A stretch of DNA of 64,000 bases from Rhizophagus irregularis. Its lineage: Eukaryota. The notes under the pieces were generated by a model. The model made no database searches. It was not told where the DNA came from and saw only the letters and a list, made by a program, of their open reading frames with translations. Shown piece after piece: positions 12,670 through 25,568 of the stretch (within the stretch, counting starts at the first letter, position 1; the number at the start of each line of letters is the position of its first letter). Location of the stretch: contig NC_089434.1 in the NCBI RefSeq assembly GCF_026210795.1, positions 4,154,001-4,218,000 of the forward strand, in the 5' to 3' direction. A program made the translations under genes and the position numbers.

Positions 12670-15590
12670 ATATCAAGCAAGGATTTGCGAAGATTTGTAT
12701 AAATTTTTCCTTTGCTTCAGTTGTGGGGGAACCCGTACAGGAAGTAATGTGTGATATCATTTCGTCTACTAAGTTGTACATCGGGCAGATGAAATTTTTA
12801 TATAAGTTCGGGTGCCGCAATTTAAGGGTCTTATCGATCGGTAGAAGGTTGTTTAATAATTTGAACCAAAAAGCCCATAAAGCCCATAACTTGTTGTGTT
12901 TGGAACTTGTGCACTTAAAATGTTTAACTTGTTTTAGAGCATTCCATGTAATATCCCAATCGTAATCCTTTGTTCTGTCCAGTAGAGCATCTTGATTACA
13001 GCTCAGTTGGCTCCATTGTCCATCATTAACGAAGTTCATTACATTCTTCACAAATTTTCTGAGTTTTTGTTCCACTGGCACCTCATTTATCATTGGAACG
13101 AAATTTAAACCATCATGGCCCTGGTTGAACTGTACAATATTCGAAGCTGAAGTACTAGAAGAAGCTTGTTTGGCTAATTCGTCTACTTTGTCGTTCCATA
13201 AATTCCCACTATGTCCTTTGACCTTGTGTAAATTTAAATCTAAATTATTTTCCTTAACTACCCTAAAAATTTTAAATAAAAGTAAAGAATTATTATAATC
13301 TCGTTCGTCTATAAAGAAAACTATTAATTGCTTGAATCGCAGCTGCGCTATCTGTATATATATACACTTTTGAGTTTGGTGAGCAAGTAAGTAAGGCTAA
13401 GAGTATTGCATAGATCTCTGCTCTTGTTGAGGATGGCAATTATCAATACGTGAGATTAAGGATTCTTATGTCGTGGTCTCTATAAAGGCAGCTCCCTGAA
13501 TAACTTCATAAGTACCTGAATCCCACCTATTATTTAGGATAGCGTTTCCGTCTTGGATTGTGCGGTAATGATGCTTCTTGAGGCTACCGTCAGTGTAGAA
13601 GTGTAATTGATCCAAGTTCGATAGACGATCTTTAGTAGCCATCAGGGATTTACCTAATTCTGAGGAGCCAAACCACTTTTGTATCTGTCTAAATCTGTCT
13701 GCTACTGCAATTTATGTATCAATTAATTACCACTCCGTATTCCTGTTTTCCTTTATGGGTTGCACATGATCCATCATTATGTAATTATCTGTGTCAGATT
13801 CCCATCTGTTAATAGTCGAGATTGATCGTAGTTGTTGTGAGTCTGTGATATTCATCGGAGTGTTAATGGTTACGGGACCATTGTCAATGGTCTGATTAAC
13901 AACTCTTGCTGCTCTTCTATGTATTACCTTTGTAATCTTGGAATTCGGTTTTTCTAGCCGATATAAATTACCTAGTTGAGGCTCGAATTCTGTTATATGA
14001 CAGATTTCCACCGTTAGCGACTCGGAATTTTGCGATTTTTCAATAATTTTGGCGGCTTGCCACCCTTTGTATTCTTTTGACTATAGCCCATTCTTTTGTG
14101 CGTCTATCTTTAGACGGAAACTGTAAATAACAATTATAACAAGAAACAACTTTGCAGTATATTGCCTATTACTTACATATGACATGAGGATGCGACTCAA
14201 TGTAGAACAAGTTATGACGAAGTCTTTCACAATTAATGGGAGAGGAGTCAAGATAATTGATGAATGGACAAAACGCTTTACGCCGTCATCATTGTTAACG
14301 ATGAATAGACACACGGACAGACACCCGTTATTCTTCACCTCACAACTCACCGTACATGATGGAAGACACATGCTCTCATGGACACAATCGAGATTACTCT
14401 CCAGCCTCTCAGCCAAGGGAGAAAAGCCACATGGTTTAAACACTTAGAATTGATGTTCCTTCAAGATATTCCCACGCGCCTTATGAGGGCAGATTTATGG
14501 TCCAACCCAACTGATTTTTATTAGGCTATCTTGGGGTAAAGAACCTTATTGATTAAATAGACTACATGAGCGATGGAAAGTGATTTCTTCCCAATTGTCT
14601 GTATGAAGGCATCCCTGATTCCGATTATTCGCTGTTTATTCAAGAACTTTGCTTTCTTTTCAACAAGCCACACCCCAAGGTATCTTATTTCCCTGTGGAG
14701 GTCCTAATGATGTCTTATTCCTTGGGAAGTGGTGAATTAAATACCAACAGATCGCACTTTTTCACGTTGATATTAATATCCATCATAGCATAAAACGAGT
14801 TAGCAATGTTCAAAACTTCCTGCATTCTCTCTTTAGAAGTTTCAATAAAGGCTGTATAAGCGGTTACAGTGACAGACTTCTTATAAATGATCCATGTATT
14901 TGGGTCGGATCAGTGGATCATAGTATATTCGCCATAATAATGACGAAAGGCTATCTCCTTGATCAACTCCATCTCCTGCATTAAAGGATCTGGTGGGGCC
15001 AAAAGCAATTAGGATTCGGGCATTTCTACCATTGAAAATTTCTATTACCAGGTCGACAAGTCGATCAGGAAGGGCTAATCTTCGTAGGGCCAAATCAAGA
15101 CCTGTGATGCTGATGGAATCAAAGGCTTTCGATATGTCTTGGAACATAATCCATAATTGTTTGTTATTAGTTTTGGCATACTCAATAATGTTATTTAAAA
15201 CATGTATGGGCGTCGATGTAGAGTCTCCTGGGAGCCCACAGTAATTTTGTGGACATAAAGTGTCGTTGTTAGTTGAAAAGATGATGTCCAAACGCATGCT
15301 TAAGGTTTTAGTTAAAATTTTCCTGAAAGTGTCCAAAAGAGCTATGGACCTAACATTGGCCATATTGTAATTAAACTTCTCAGGCTTGGGGATCGGAAGT
15401 ATGGTTGAGCATTTCCATTTCTCTGGTATCTGCCCTGAAAGAAGTGTTACTCCTGAATCAATTTCTGAAGCTGAGGGGGTAGGCGTTTGATCATTATATA
15501 GGTAATTCCCGTCACATCAGCGGCTGAGTGCTCATTTAAACTCTTCAAAATGGTCGACCATTCATCATTAATTTCCTTGACTATATCATA
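12670..15590 (-). mobile_element. Older degenerate LINE ORF2 (RT, RNase H, CCHC region), antisense
   Basis: RT ORF 14881-15363 (RSIALL, QDISKAFD, GVDQG); HFYTDGS ~13590, STRAEIYA ~13420, KVKGHSG ~13220; DWDITW..ICPM..SHITSC in 12665-13093; many lesions. Confidence 0.88.
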
Positions 15591-16109
15591 ACATTATTTT
15601 TTAACTTATTTTTATATAGAATTTATAGTTTTTAAAATATCATTAACCTCAATTAGTAATGATCTACGATTAGATCGAATAGTGCATTAATCAAACGTCA
15701 CGCGTTAGTCTTCCTTTTCCTCAAGTCCCTCGAGTTCCCGAGTTTGGAGCATTTCCATGACTGTTGTTATCGTTATTGTATTTGATATATATGAACGGGA
15801 ACGCCGGTCGAAACTACGAACCGGAATTAAGGTAAATGGGAGAGGGAGTCATTTTTTTATTTTAGAAGCGTTTTAACGTTTCTTTTTCTTTCTTTTTCTT
15901 GTAGGTATTGCCGGACGAAACGGGTTCGTGGTAATAAGGAAAAACTGGAACGGCTCGGGTGGCTTCCGAAGAACAGAATTACAGAAAGAACTAAGATTCG
16001 TAAGAATAACTAAGATTCGTAAGCAATTAGCAGTTTTTCTTTTAATATTATGGAACGGTTTACTAACCGTCCTTATTCTTCTTTATAGGTTTCGGGTAGG
16101 CTTCCGTTG

Positions 16110-17140
16110 GTAATTTTCACTACTCATTTTTATTTTGTTATTAGTTCAGCATTACTAATCAGAAAATATATTTTAACTTCAAGTCAATGTCACTTACCGA
16201 AAGATCTCGTAACTCAAACACATAAAGATTATGGATTTTGTGAGTATGAGTGAAGATGATGCAGATTATGCTATTAAAATATGAATCAAATCAAGCTGTA
16301 TGGGAAACCAATTCGTGTCAATTAAGTAAGCTGAAACATTTTGGTTTGCTTTTATTGTTCCTGTGTAGTATTGACGCTTCGTCGTATTATTATTAAGCAA
16401 CTTCGGACAAAAAGAATTTGGACGTAGGCGCTTCATTATTTATAAGGAACTTGGATCCTGGTGTTGGTGAAAAAATGTTGTACGATACGTTCAGCGCTTT
16501 TGGTGTTATCGTACAGACTCCCAAGGTATTAATATAGACTAATAATCGAATATCGAATTCATTTTGCATATTTAATTTTATTAAGTCGAAATATTTAATT
16601 TAGATTGCATGAGATCCCGATACTGGTAATAGTAAAGGGTATGGGTTTATTTCATATGATAATTTCGATTCTCAGATGCGGCAATTGATGCAATATCTGA
16701 ATAAACCAGTTACTGTATCATACGCGTTCAAAAGGGTAAAGGTGAAAGACATGGAAGTGCTGCAGGTTCGTATTTCTTCCGAATCGAATGTATTACTTTC
16801 AATGGGTGATCATTTTTTTTTATTGGTATACCTAGAACGTTTATTGGCAACCCAAGCGAAGAAAATCAAAGTCTTTTGTTTGCAGATGTTCGTCCACCTA
16901 CTGTTCCACCTCCAATGATAGGAGTTCGCCAGCTTCACCACAACAAATAAATACTGGAATGTCTCGTCCTGGCATACCACTTCCAATCGTTTCTCCAACA
17001 CGGAGGATATCATGCGCCAGGGACAAATACACAAACAGCAACACAATCATCGCCTAGACTATCTATCTATGATGAACGGAGCGTCAGGAGTATTTTATTT
17101 GATATGTTGTTTATCAAGAAAACGGTAAGGAATCTATGTG
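16110..17140 (+). pseudogene. SF3B4: Intron-containing SF3B4/Hsh49 (U2 snRNP two-RRM splicing factor) pseudogene, copy 1
   Basis: Manual translation: [94 protein letters not shown]; short GT-AG introns (e.g. 16326-16397); frameshifts and stops. Confidence 0.88.
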
Positions 17141-17235
17141 TATAATATTATAATTTATTTACATTATAATGCTATATCACTTAATCATATTTATTTGAAT
17201 AAATATTTTTTGAATGTCATAGAATACTCAATAAT

Positions 17236-18125
17236 CTTAAATCGCTTACTGAAAAACCAGGGGATTATCGATAATGTTTTGGAGATTGGGACCAGTAGTC
17301 GACCCATCTGCAGGATTTCCGTTAGACGGCATGAGTTTATGGAGCTCGGGCCAATGTAGGTCTACAGCACTTAATGTGAAGAACATCAAACTTACATCAA
17401 CCCTTCTGGACCTATCTGTTTAATCATGTGTCGAGAACCGCGTAGAGCCGTAGAGTGATTTGAGCATCGGCAAGGTTTATTTAAAATACACCTTCCCTTC
17501 TTGTAGTGTTCGCCAATGCATTTGAGAATTCGGAGCAAAGTATTTATTACCAATGGGAATAGCATGCAAATCTCCTTTCTTTATACAGGTGCAGGTTTTA
17601 CATTTTTAATACGCTCCGCACGAAAGATCTGCGCATCTAGTTGGGTATAATGTTGGCCTGGCGTTTGGATTTCATTGATGGGATGATTATTTATATGTGG
17701 CCATTCCATAGGATATTTTTCTTTTCGCATACGGTTAAGGGTGTTTTGGATGACGACATCTTCGTGATGAACCAAAGGACGAAAGTACGCGTGATTACAT
17801 CATCCTCCTCATAATGATCCAAATCTTCAGCAACTATTCGAGTATTTTACCGCAATATCATTACACGTTTAATGGATTTGACAACGGTTGAACAACGTTC
17901 AGAATTTCGTGTTCTTGCTAATATTAACCAGGAAAGAAACATAATTTGATGTCGCGAGTTTTCTGAATCGAGTTTAATCGAGGACCCGAACCAGAGCCAA
18001 AACAGACGATAGCGCTGCGAAATGAAGCCGGTTATCAATGGAACCATCGAAAGGCAAGGATTGAAGAATTTCATTATCGATTATAATGTCTATGTAATAA
18101 CGGTTATTTTCTTTCAACCAGCATT
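17236..18125 (-). pseudogene. Helitron-type RepHel gene, N-terminal/Rep-proximal half (inverted)
   Basis: Minus strand: WLKENNRYY, DNEILQSLPFDGSID, WPHINNHPINE, FFTLSAVDLHWPELHKLMP, WFFSKRFKI; degenerate. Confidence 0.75.
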
Positions 18126-21100
18126 ATCTTATTACATTAAAAAAAAATACAATTATTCCATATCACAAATAAATCGTGTACTTTGCTTTTCGAATTAAAC
18201 TCTTTCACTCTAACTACCTGTAAATATTTTCTATGGGTAAAATTCAGTTTAAAAAAATTAATTAAAAGTTTCTAGTCCACCAACTGCTTTTTTACTGATA
18301 TTGCAGGTATTTTCATCATCATTACTTAATTAATCAGCTTGTACCAAATTAATAATTTCTTCATCAGTAAGACTTACATTAGGATTTACTATATATATTA
18401 ATATTAATTAGTAAGTCTGATTTTGACCATCAGTATATCTAAATTTCTGATGCGACTTTTTATGATGAATATAGCTTTCATGATTTTTGCTTCTATTAGA
18501 GAAACTGTTAAATAAAATTAGACTTCAAATTTTTTTCAATTGATGGAAAATTTAATTTTAAAGTTTATTCTAATCAGCTTGAAACTAAGAGTTTAGTTAG
18601 TAAATTCATCAATTCATCTTGTAATTCTTAGAATATAATAATTAAGTTTGGACATTTTTTTTTAGTTAATCTGTTAAAAAATGAACTTATTAAATATTTT
18701 TTAAAAATAATATTATATAGTAATTGAAATATGTTAATTACAAGAAAAAAAAAATTTAAGAGAATAAAGAGAAAAATGAAGAAATATTAAAAAAAATTCC
18801 ATAATACAAAAAAATTTTTTTTTTTTATATATTTAGATTTGTAAATTTTTAATTGTATTACAATGGTACATATGGGGATTTTTTGGTTGGGTCTGCTATT
18901 TAGAAACTTTGAATTGATTACTATATAAGAGTATTTGTACTGTTATTTTTCTTTTTAGCAAAAATCCAGAATTTTTTATTATATAATTCATAAATATAAA
19001 AGTTTCAAAAAAACTTTTATTTACAATTTACATATACAGTATATCATTTTTTTGAATCTTTTATAAAATCACTAAAATGCTTTTCATATAAATTTAGGAC
19101 TGAATCAGCTAGTTCTAGGCTAAAAAGTAAAAACTCTTCATAAAAATTATGATACAAAAAAAATATATATATAAATAGATAATATAAATATTATATAGTG
19201 GCATAATATCTATAAACTATGAGAACTTTTTTATTTTGAAGTAAAAATTTTTTTTCAGTAGAACTAATAATATTATATTTAAAGTACTAATAATTTATAA
19301 AATAAAATTTGACTTTTAAGTTTATAAACTTGTATTTTATTCATTTTAAAATCAAATTTTAATTACTTTTATTTAATTATTTTGATAAGTAAATTGTTGG
19401 CAAAAAGTAATTGGAAATGCAAAAAATGCAATAAATAAGAAAGTAAATTTTATAATTGGTTTTTTTTTAAAAAATTTAATATTGCACTATGTTATTAACA
19501 ATTAACTATATATTATAATAAAAAATTAAATATAAAAATATATCTTTAATTAATTTGGTTGTTATTTAGTATTTTTGTAAATAAAATTTACTAAAATATA
19601 CATGTACTACTGGTAGTATTTAATATTATAATATATATTTTTATAAAAATTATAGCTTAAATTATCAAAGAAGTTTAGTTATTCTAATTAATATTTTTAG
19701 TAATCTTAAAAACATGTGGAAAAAAAAATTTGGTTAGTACTATTCTTGCAAATATTGCAAAATAAAAAAAATTTGTAAAGTATATACTTATATTTTATAT
19801 TGAAATATAATTATTATATTAATAATATCAATTTAACCAAATTATTAATAATTCATATAAAATAAAAAGTTAAGGTAATAATAAATAAGAAAATGCATTA
19901 ATTATATAATTATGATATTAAATACTATAGTATGAAATATAATCTTTATAAATTAATATTAAATAGAAACTTTAATTTCAACTTTTTAACAACTAACAAA
20001 TAGATTTTTTTAATAAAATTAGTATAATGTATATTTTAATTTATAATCATCCAATTTTTTAATTTAAATTTTATTTTAAAATTTTTTTTTTTTGAATTAA
20101 AAAATCAATTGTGAAACAAGCAAATAAAATAAAAAGCTAATGCTTTATATATATAATAACAATCTATTTGGCAACGAATATATAAAATTTGATAACTGGT
20201 TTTTATTTATCAAATTTTTTGCAATTCCAATTACTTTTTATTAGTATTAATTTACAATTTAATCTAATTTATCTAAATAACCTATATATAAGTTATATAT
20301 TGTTAACTTGTTAATAATTAAAGCTATATTTAATGACTATACAATTAATTTTAAACAATTATGTGAAACTATATTTAGTCAAAAAAATTAGGTTTTTATT
20401 AAATCAATGTAAGATTTTACAAAATAAAAAAAGTCAACATAGTAATCCACAATTTTCACAATCACGTGATCCGCATCCGTCTCACTATACCTAAAGAAAA
20501 ATTAAAGTCCAAGTCTAAGTCCAACCTGAAATAAAATTCGGAAAGACAAAATTAAAAAAAAAGTTTCAAAACGAACTGTTTTAAAACTTACCAATCGATC
20601 CTATCATCCAGGATCCAGAAAGTTTAAGGAAGCTGAACCTACAAAAAAAAAGATAACTGAAAAAAATTAATAAAAAAATTTTTAAAAAAAGTTTTGAAGT
20701 GAAACACTTCAATACCTACCAATTCGGTCCAGGAAGTGCGAATCTGTCGATTTCTACAAATTAAAAGAAAAAAATTAATAATAAGAAAATAAAACTACCG
20801 ATTCCAAGACGCTGATCTACACGCTCTACAAAAGAAAATCACCAAAGCTGAAGAAAATTCAGAAAGGAAGAGAGAAAGAAGGCCTCGGAGTTCTTACAAA
20901 ATAACGAAATAGAAACGTTAATACAGTATAACGTTTCTTTTTTTTAAAAAAAAAATTGCTAAGATTCATAATACTTACAAATCTTAGTTCTTTTTTGTTC
21001 TTCAGAAGCCCACCCAAACCTATTAAAAAAAGAATAAGAACGGTTAGTAACCGATTCATAATATTAAAAAAAAACAAAAAAAGATTCGTAATGCTTACGA

Positions 21101-21229
21101 ATTGTAATTTTTGAGTATTCTATGACATTCAAAAAATATTTTTTCAAATAAATTGCATAATAAAGTGAAAATGAAAATGAACATGATTAAGTGATATAGC
21201 ATTGTAATGTAAATAAATTAGATTCCTTA

Positions 21230-22354
21230 CCCGTTTTCTTGATAAACAACATATCAAATAAAAATACGCCTGACGCTACTATCATTGGAGGTGGAACAGT
21301 AGGTGGACGAACATCTGCAAACAAAGACTTTGATTTTCTTCGCTTTGGTGCAATGAACGTTCAAGGTATGCCAATAAAAAAAAATGATCAATTGAAAGTA
21401 ATACATTCTATTCAGAAGAAATTCGAACCTGCAGCACTTCCATGTCTTTCACCTTTACCCTTTTGAATGCGTATGATACAGTAATTGGTTTATTCAGATA
21501 TTGCATCAATTGCCGCATCTGAAGAATCGAAATTATCATATGAAATAAACCCATATCCTTTACTATTACCAGTCATGTAATCTAAATTAAATATTTCGAC
21601 TAAATAAAATTAAATATGCAAAATGAACTCGATAGATTATTAATCTATATTAATACCTTGGGAGTAGTGCTTCGATCCATAGCGGTTTTATCCGGATTTT
21701 CATCCAGATTGAATTTCATTAAATTTCGCTGGCACTATGAGTTTGGCCAGAATTAGTATAAATTTTTGGGATAATAATACTTTAATGTTATAGTCTGTTT
21801 AAATCTGAAATTCATAATCTTTCTCAGCCATAATCGTCATATGAAAATATTCAAGTTTTCATCCAGATCGAAGCACTACTTGGGAGTATGTACGATAACA
21901 TCAAAAGCGCTGAACGTATCATACAACATTTTTTCACCAACACCAGAATCCAAGTTCCTTATAAATAATGAAACGCCTACGTCCAAATTCTTTTTGTCTG
22001 AAGTTGCCTAATAATAATACGACAAAGCGTCAATACTACACAGCAAACAATAAAAACAAAACAAAATGTTTCAGCTTACTTAATTGACATGAATAGGTTT
22101 TCCATAGAGCTTGATTTGATTCATTATTTTAATAGCATAATCTGCATCCTCTTCACTCATACTCACAAAATCCATAATTTTGATGTGTTTGAATTACACG
22201 ATCTTCTGGTAAGTAAACATTGACTTGAAGTTAAAATATATTTTCTGATTAGTAATGCTGAACTTATAACAAAATAAAAATGAGCAGTGAAAATTACTAA
22301 CAGGTCCTGCCAGAAGCATTAACTCCCAAATAAGGTTACCAATGGACGAGCCAT
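21230..22354 (-). pseudogene. SF3B4: SF3B4/Hsh49 pseudogene, copy 2 (inverted relative to copy 1)
   Basis: Reverse complement matches 16110-17231 including introns; also keeps ATG(22354)-MARP..IGNL..IWELMLLAGPV; interrupted by a MITE. Confidence 0.88.
21665..21878. mobile_element. hAT-type MITE (214 bp)
   Basis: TIR TAGTGCTTCGATC/GATCGAAGCACTA; perfect 8-bp TSD CTTGGGAG; empty site present in SF3B4 copy 1 (~16518-16525). Confidence 0.92.
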
Positions 22355-22522
22355 AATGTCAAGAAAAAAAAAATTTTTTGACGCTAAATAATCTTGGTTC
22401 CACTTTTTCCGTTCTTCGGAAATCTACCCGAAACATATAAAAAAAGAACGGTTAGTAAACCGTTCCATAATATTAAAAAAAAAGCTACTAAGATTCGTAA
22501 TACTTACAAATTGTAATTTTTT

Positions 22523-25500
22523 CTTTAAGATGTTATAAAACGCCAATGGAATTTAGAAGATTGGTGGTACAGTTTCAAGTGGTAACACTGAGTAGTGTCC
22601 ATGTGCATGGAATCGGAAAAAGACGAAACGCAACTAAAATAGAATGGACCCGAATGAAAACGAGATGAATAATGTAGCACAATATCTTGATTCGCTCGTC
22701 ACAACGATAAATCCAGGTCTTAACGTACCTTAAAAAAGCAAAAGATGATGAACAAGATTACATTATCTTTGTCAATAAGCTGCAATGACACACACGTTAT
22801 AGTCCTTCGTATTGCCTTTGCAAATTCAATTACCCAAAGGAAAGTGTCAAACGTACCTTCGTACATGAAGAGGAACGTGATCAGCCAGAACTTATAAGTC
22901 AAAAGGCGACCCATTGGTCAACCAACATAGCCGGCTTCAATTGCAAGGTTGGCGAGCAAATGTTATTCATGTAGCCTTGCAGTATGTTTCAAAGTACGCA
23001 AGCCGCAAAACAATATTTCTGCTCAAAAAACTTTCCACCTTCTCTTAGGTATTCCCCTCTACCATTCAAGTAGGACATCTGTATGCTTGAATCTTAATAA
23101 GAAAACGCTAAGGTGGATTCGTGGCACCAGAGAAAGTGGAGAGTTTAATATAGTCGATTCTGGACGGGCGGAACAATCATTTTTAAAGAGATACTAAGAT
23201 TGACCTGCTTAATTTGATGATTTTACGTATTTCAAACATAATACGTAACTTTCTGCGCAATTACCTTTGTGTAAAGGCCCTCAATGGGAAGAGTTTTGCC
23301 TCAGAATTAAGATCTTCAACAATTGACTGAGACATTCCATAGTCAGCTTTATACGACCGCCATATTGAAGTAATCAAACGCTGATTTAATTGATATGCTT
23401 GGGCACCCGTAAATAACAAACCAAACGAAATTGTTGATGAAAAGGATGAAGAAACTCTCGAATAGGGATCGGAAAAGATTCGATTAAAATCGAAACTATC
23501 GAAAATTGATAAGAATCGATTTTAAATCGAATCTCGAATAAAAATCGAATCTACTTATTGTGGCGCAGTTCCGTTAATTTGACCGTAAATTATTATTTGT
23601 TCATAATAGTTAATTTTGGCCAAATTCATAATTCCGCTCGCGAATCATGTGACAGAACACAAACTTCCTAAAAAGGAAATTTTATCTCCCAATAAAATTC
23701 AAGTTGCTATCGCACAAGGTTGTACAAATTTCCAAAAAAGGAAATTTGTTCGTCGATCACTGTAATTTTTTGTAATCACATAATATGTGTTTAAACACAC
23801 CTATTATAAATAGTATAAAAAAAAATCGGAAACGATTAATCGCGATTAATCGATTTTAGAATCGATTCTAATAATGGGAATTGATTCCAATCCCTACTCT
23901 CAAAGATGATGATAACGACGAATTTTGATTTGATTGGATGTTTCTAGCAGAAATGCAATCATCGACAGTCCTTCCGACCTAGGTTTACGAAATATGGATT
24001 GGAGCTACGATTGGATTAACGAAGCTAGGCAAAGATATTCCAATACAGACTTTCTGGAAGCAGATACTTTTGTGAGTAGAGTTTCCATTAATTGGCAAGA
24101 AAATAACGTTCTAAATACAGGTACCTTGGATTATCAGATATTAAATGATGGCCTTCAAGCGAATAGAGTCGCATTACAACGATATACTTAAAGACCATCG
24201 AATTGAGCGGACTGCAGGAAATGGAAAAACATACTTCAATAATGAAATATGAAGTAAACTTCGTGAGATGATAGGAGTCGGGTCTGAGTTGTTCTTACGC
24301 CAACAGATGTAGCTTTCAACATCAATGGGATTACAATCCATTCAGCGCTTTCCATCCTAATAAATTGCTAATAGAAGTCTTGTCATTAATGGTGAACAGC
24401 TACAGCAGCTATATTGTAATCGATGAGAAAGTATAATCAGTTGCCGAATGTTTGGATTAATCGACATGAGACTCAGCAAGAACATAGTAATGAACCCTTT
24501 GGTAGTAGAACAGCTATGACTTTGGACAACCTCCGTCTGTGCTTGATCTTCCTATGTATACCAACATTCCGCAAGATCAATTGTTTAATAACGGTATCGC
24601 AGCATACCATCAGTTTAAAGAAGTATACAAACTTGATGTTGTTCAACGCCAATCTGGGAATACCAAAAGAGCAGCAAAACTTTAGTGGCCTTCTCTTACG
24701 GTTGCGTAATGGAGAGTCTATATTAGATGACTGGAAGGTGCTTACTACACTATTTGAAGGAAAGATAGATATAATAGAGAATAAAGATTAAGATTCTTCA
24801 ACTCTATGTTCATGCTAACGAGGTGGAAGGTGTTGATGCAGTCAACATTGATAAGCTCAGGTCACTGAATGCTCCTGTTGCTAAAATTCATGCTGTACAT
24901 ACAATCAGCAACGAAGCCGAAAAAGCAAATTATGATGTTGCACATAGACCGTGAAATAAAATTGTTACTGACAAGAGGTGCACGTATTTTGCTGACGGCA
25001 AACTTGTGAACGGAAGCTGGATAAGTTAATGGTGCGATGGGATCAGTCAGGATATTTTATTCAGAGGAGATCAAGGGCCGCCTTCTCTTTCTGTGGCAGT
25101 TTTGGCTTCTTTTGACAAAGAATTGAAAAGAATTTAGACTTTTTTAAAAAAAAAAATTTTTTTTTATTTATTTTATGATGTCAAAAAATCCAGTATTGAA
25201 CACATACAAGTTCGTGAGTACGTCAATTACGAAGGTCCTACTCTTACCAGCTTAGAGGGCACAAAGAGTTATTCGACGTAACTGGGAGTATAATTCCGGA
25301 ATACTATGTTCATGACTACAGATTCCTGTTCGTCTCGCATGGGCCATTACCGTATACAAGAGCCAGGGATTCACGTTACAGAAGGCTATAATAGATCTTG
25401 ACAGCAAAGAATTTACAGCCGGTCTCTCATTTGTGGCGGTGTTCTGAGTCTATTCTATCAAAGATCTCTTCAAACCCTTTAGTTTTGAGAGGCTCCAACA

Positions 25501-25568
25501 GATCAAAGAATAAAAGATTAGGAGGAAAGACGAAGAAGAATGGCTGGTTTCTCTGACAAGAAATTGAG
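22523..25568 (+). pseudogene. Helitron-type RepHel gene, HUH motif plus PIF1 helicase half
   Basis: DWWY.F.W.H..SVHVHGIGK (HUH) ~22560-22620; degenerate Walker A TAGNGKT ~24210; AFNINGITIHSALSI; IVIDEK; VNGAMG; QIPVRLAWAITVYKSQG; AGLSFVA; many frameshifts. Confidence 0.85.
23463..23896. mobile_element. hAT-type MITE (434 bp) inside the Helitron relic
   Basis: TIR TAGGGATCGGAA/TTCCAATCCCTA; TSD CTCTCGAA vs CTCTCAAA (7/8); subterminal AATCGA repeats. Confidence 0.85.

Noticed and set aside
18250..19100. Possible pogo/DDE_1 transposase relic (LTDEEIINLV on minus strand)
   Set aside because: One short motif in very degraded DNA is not enough
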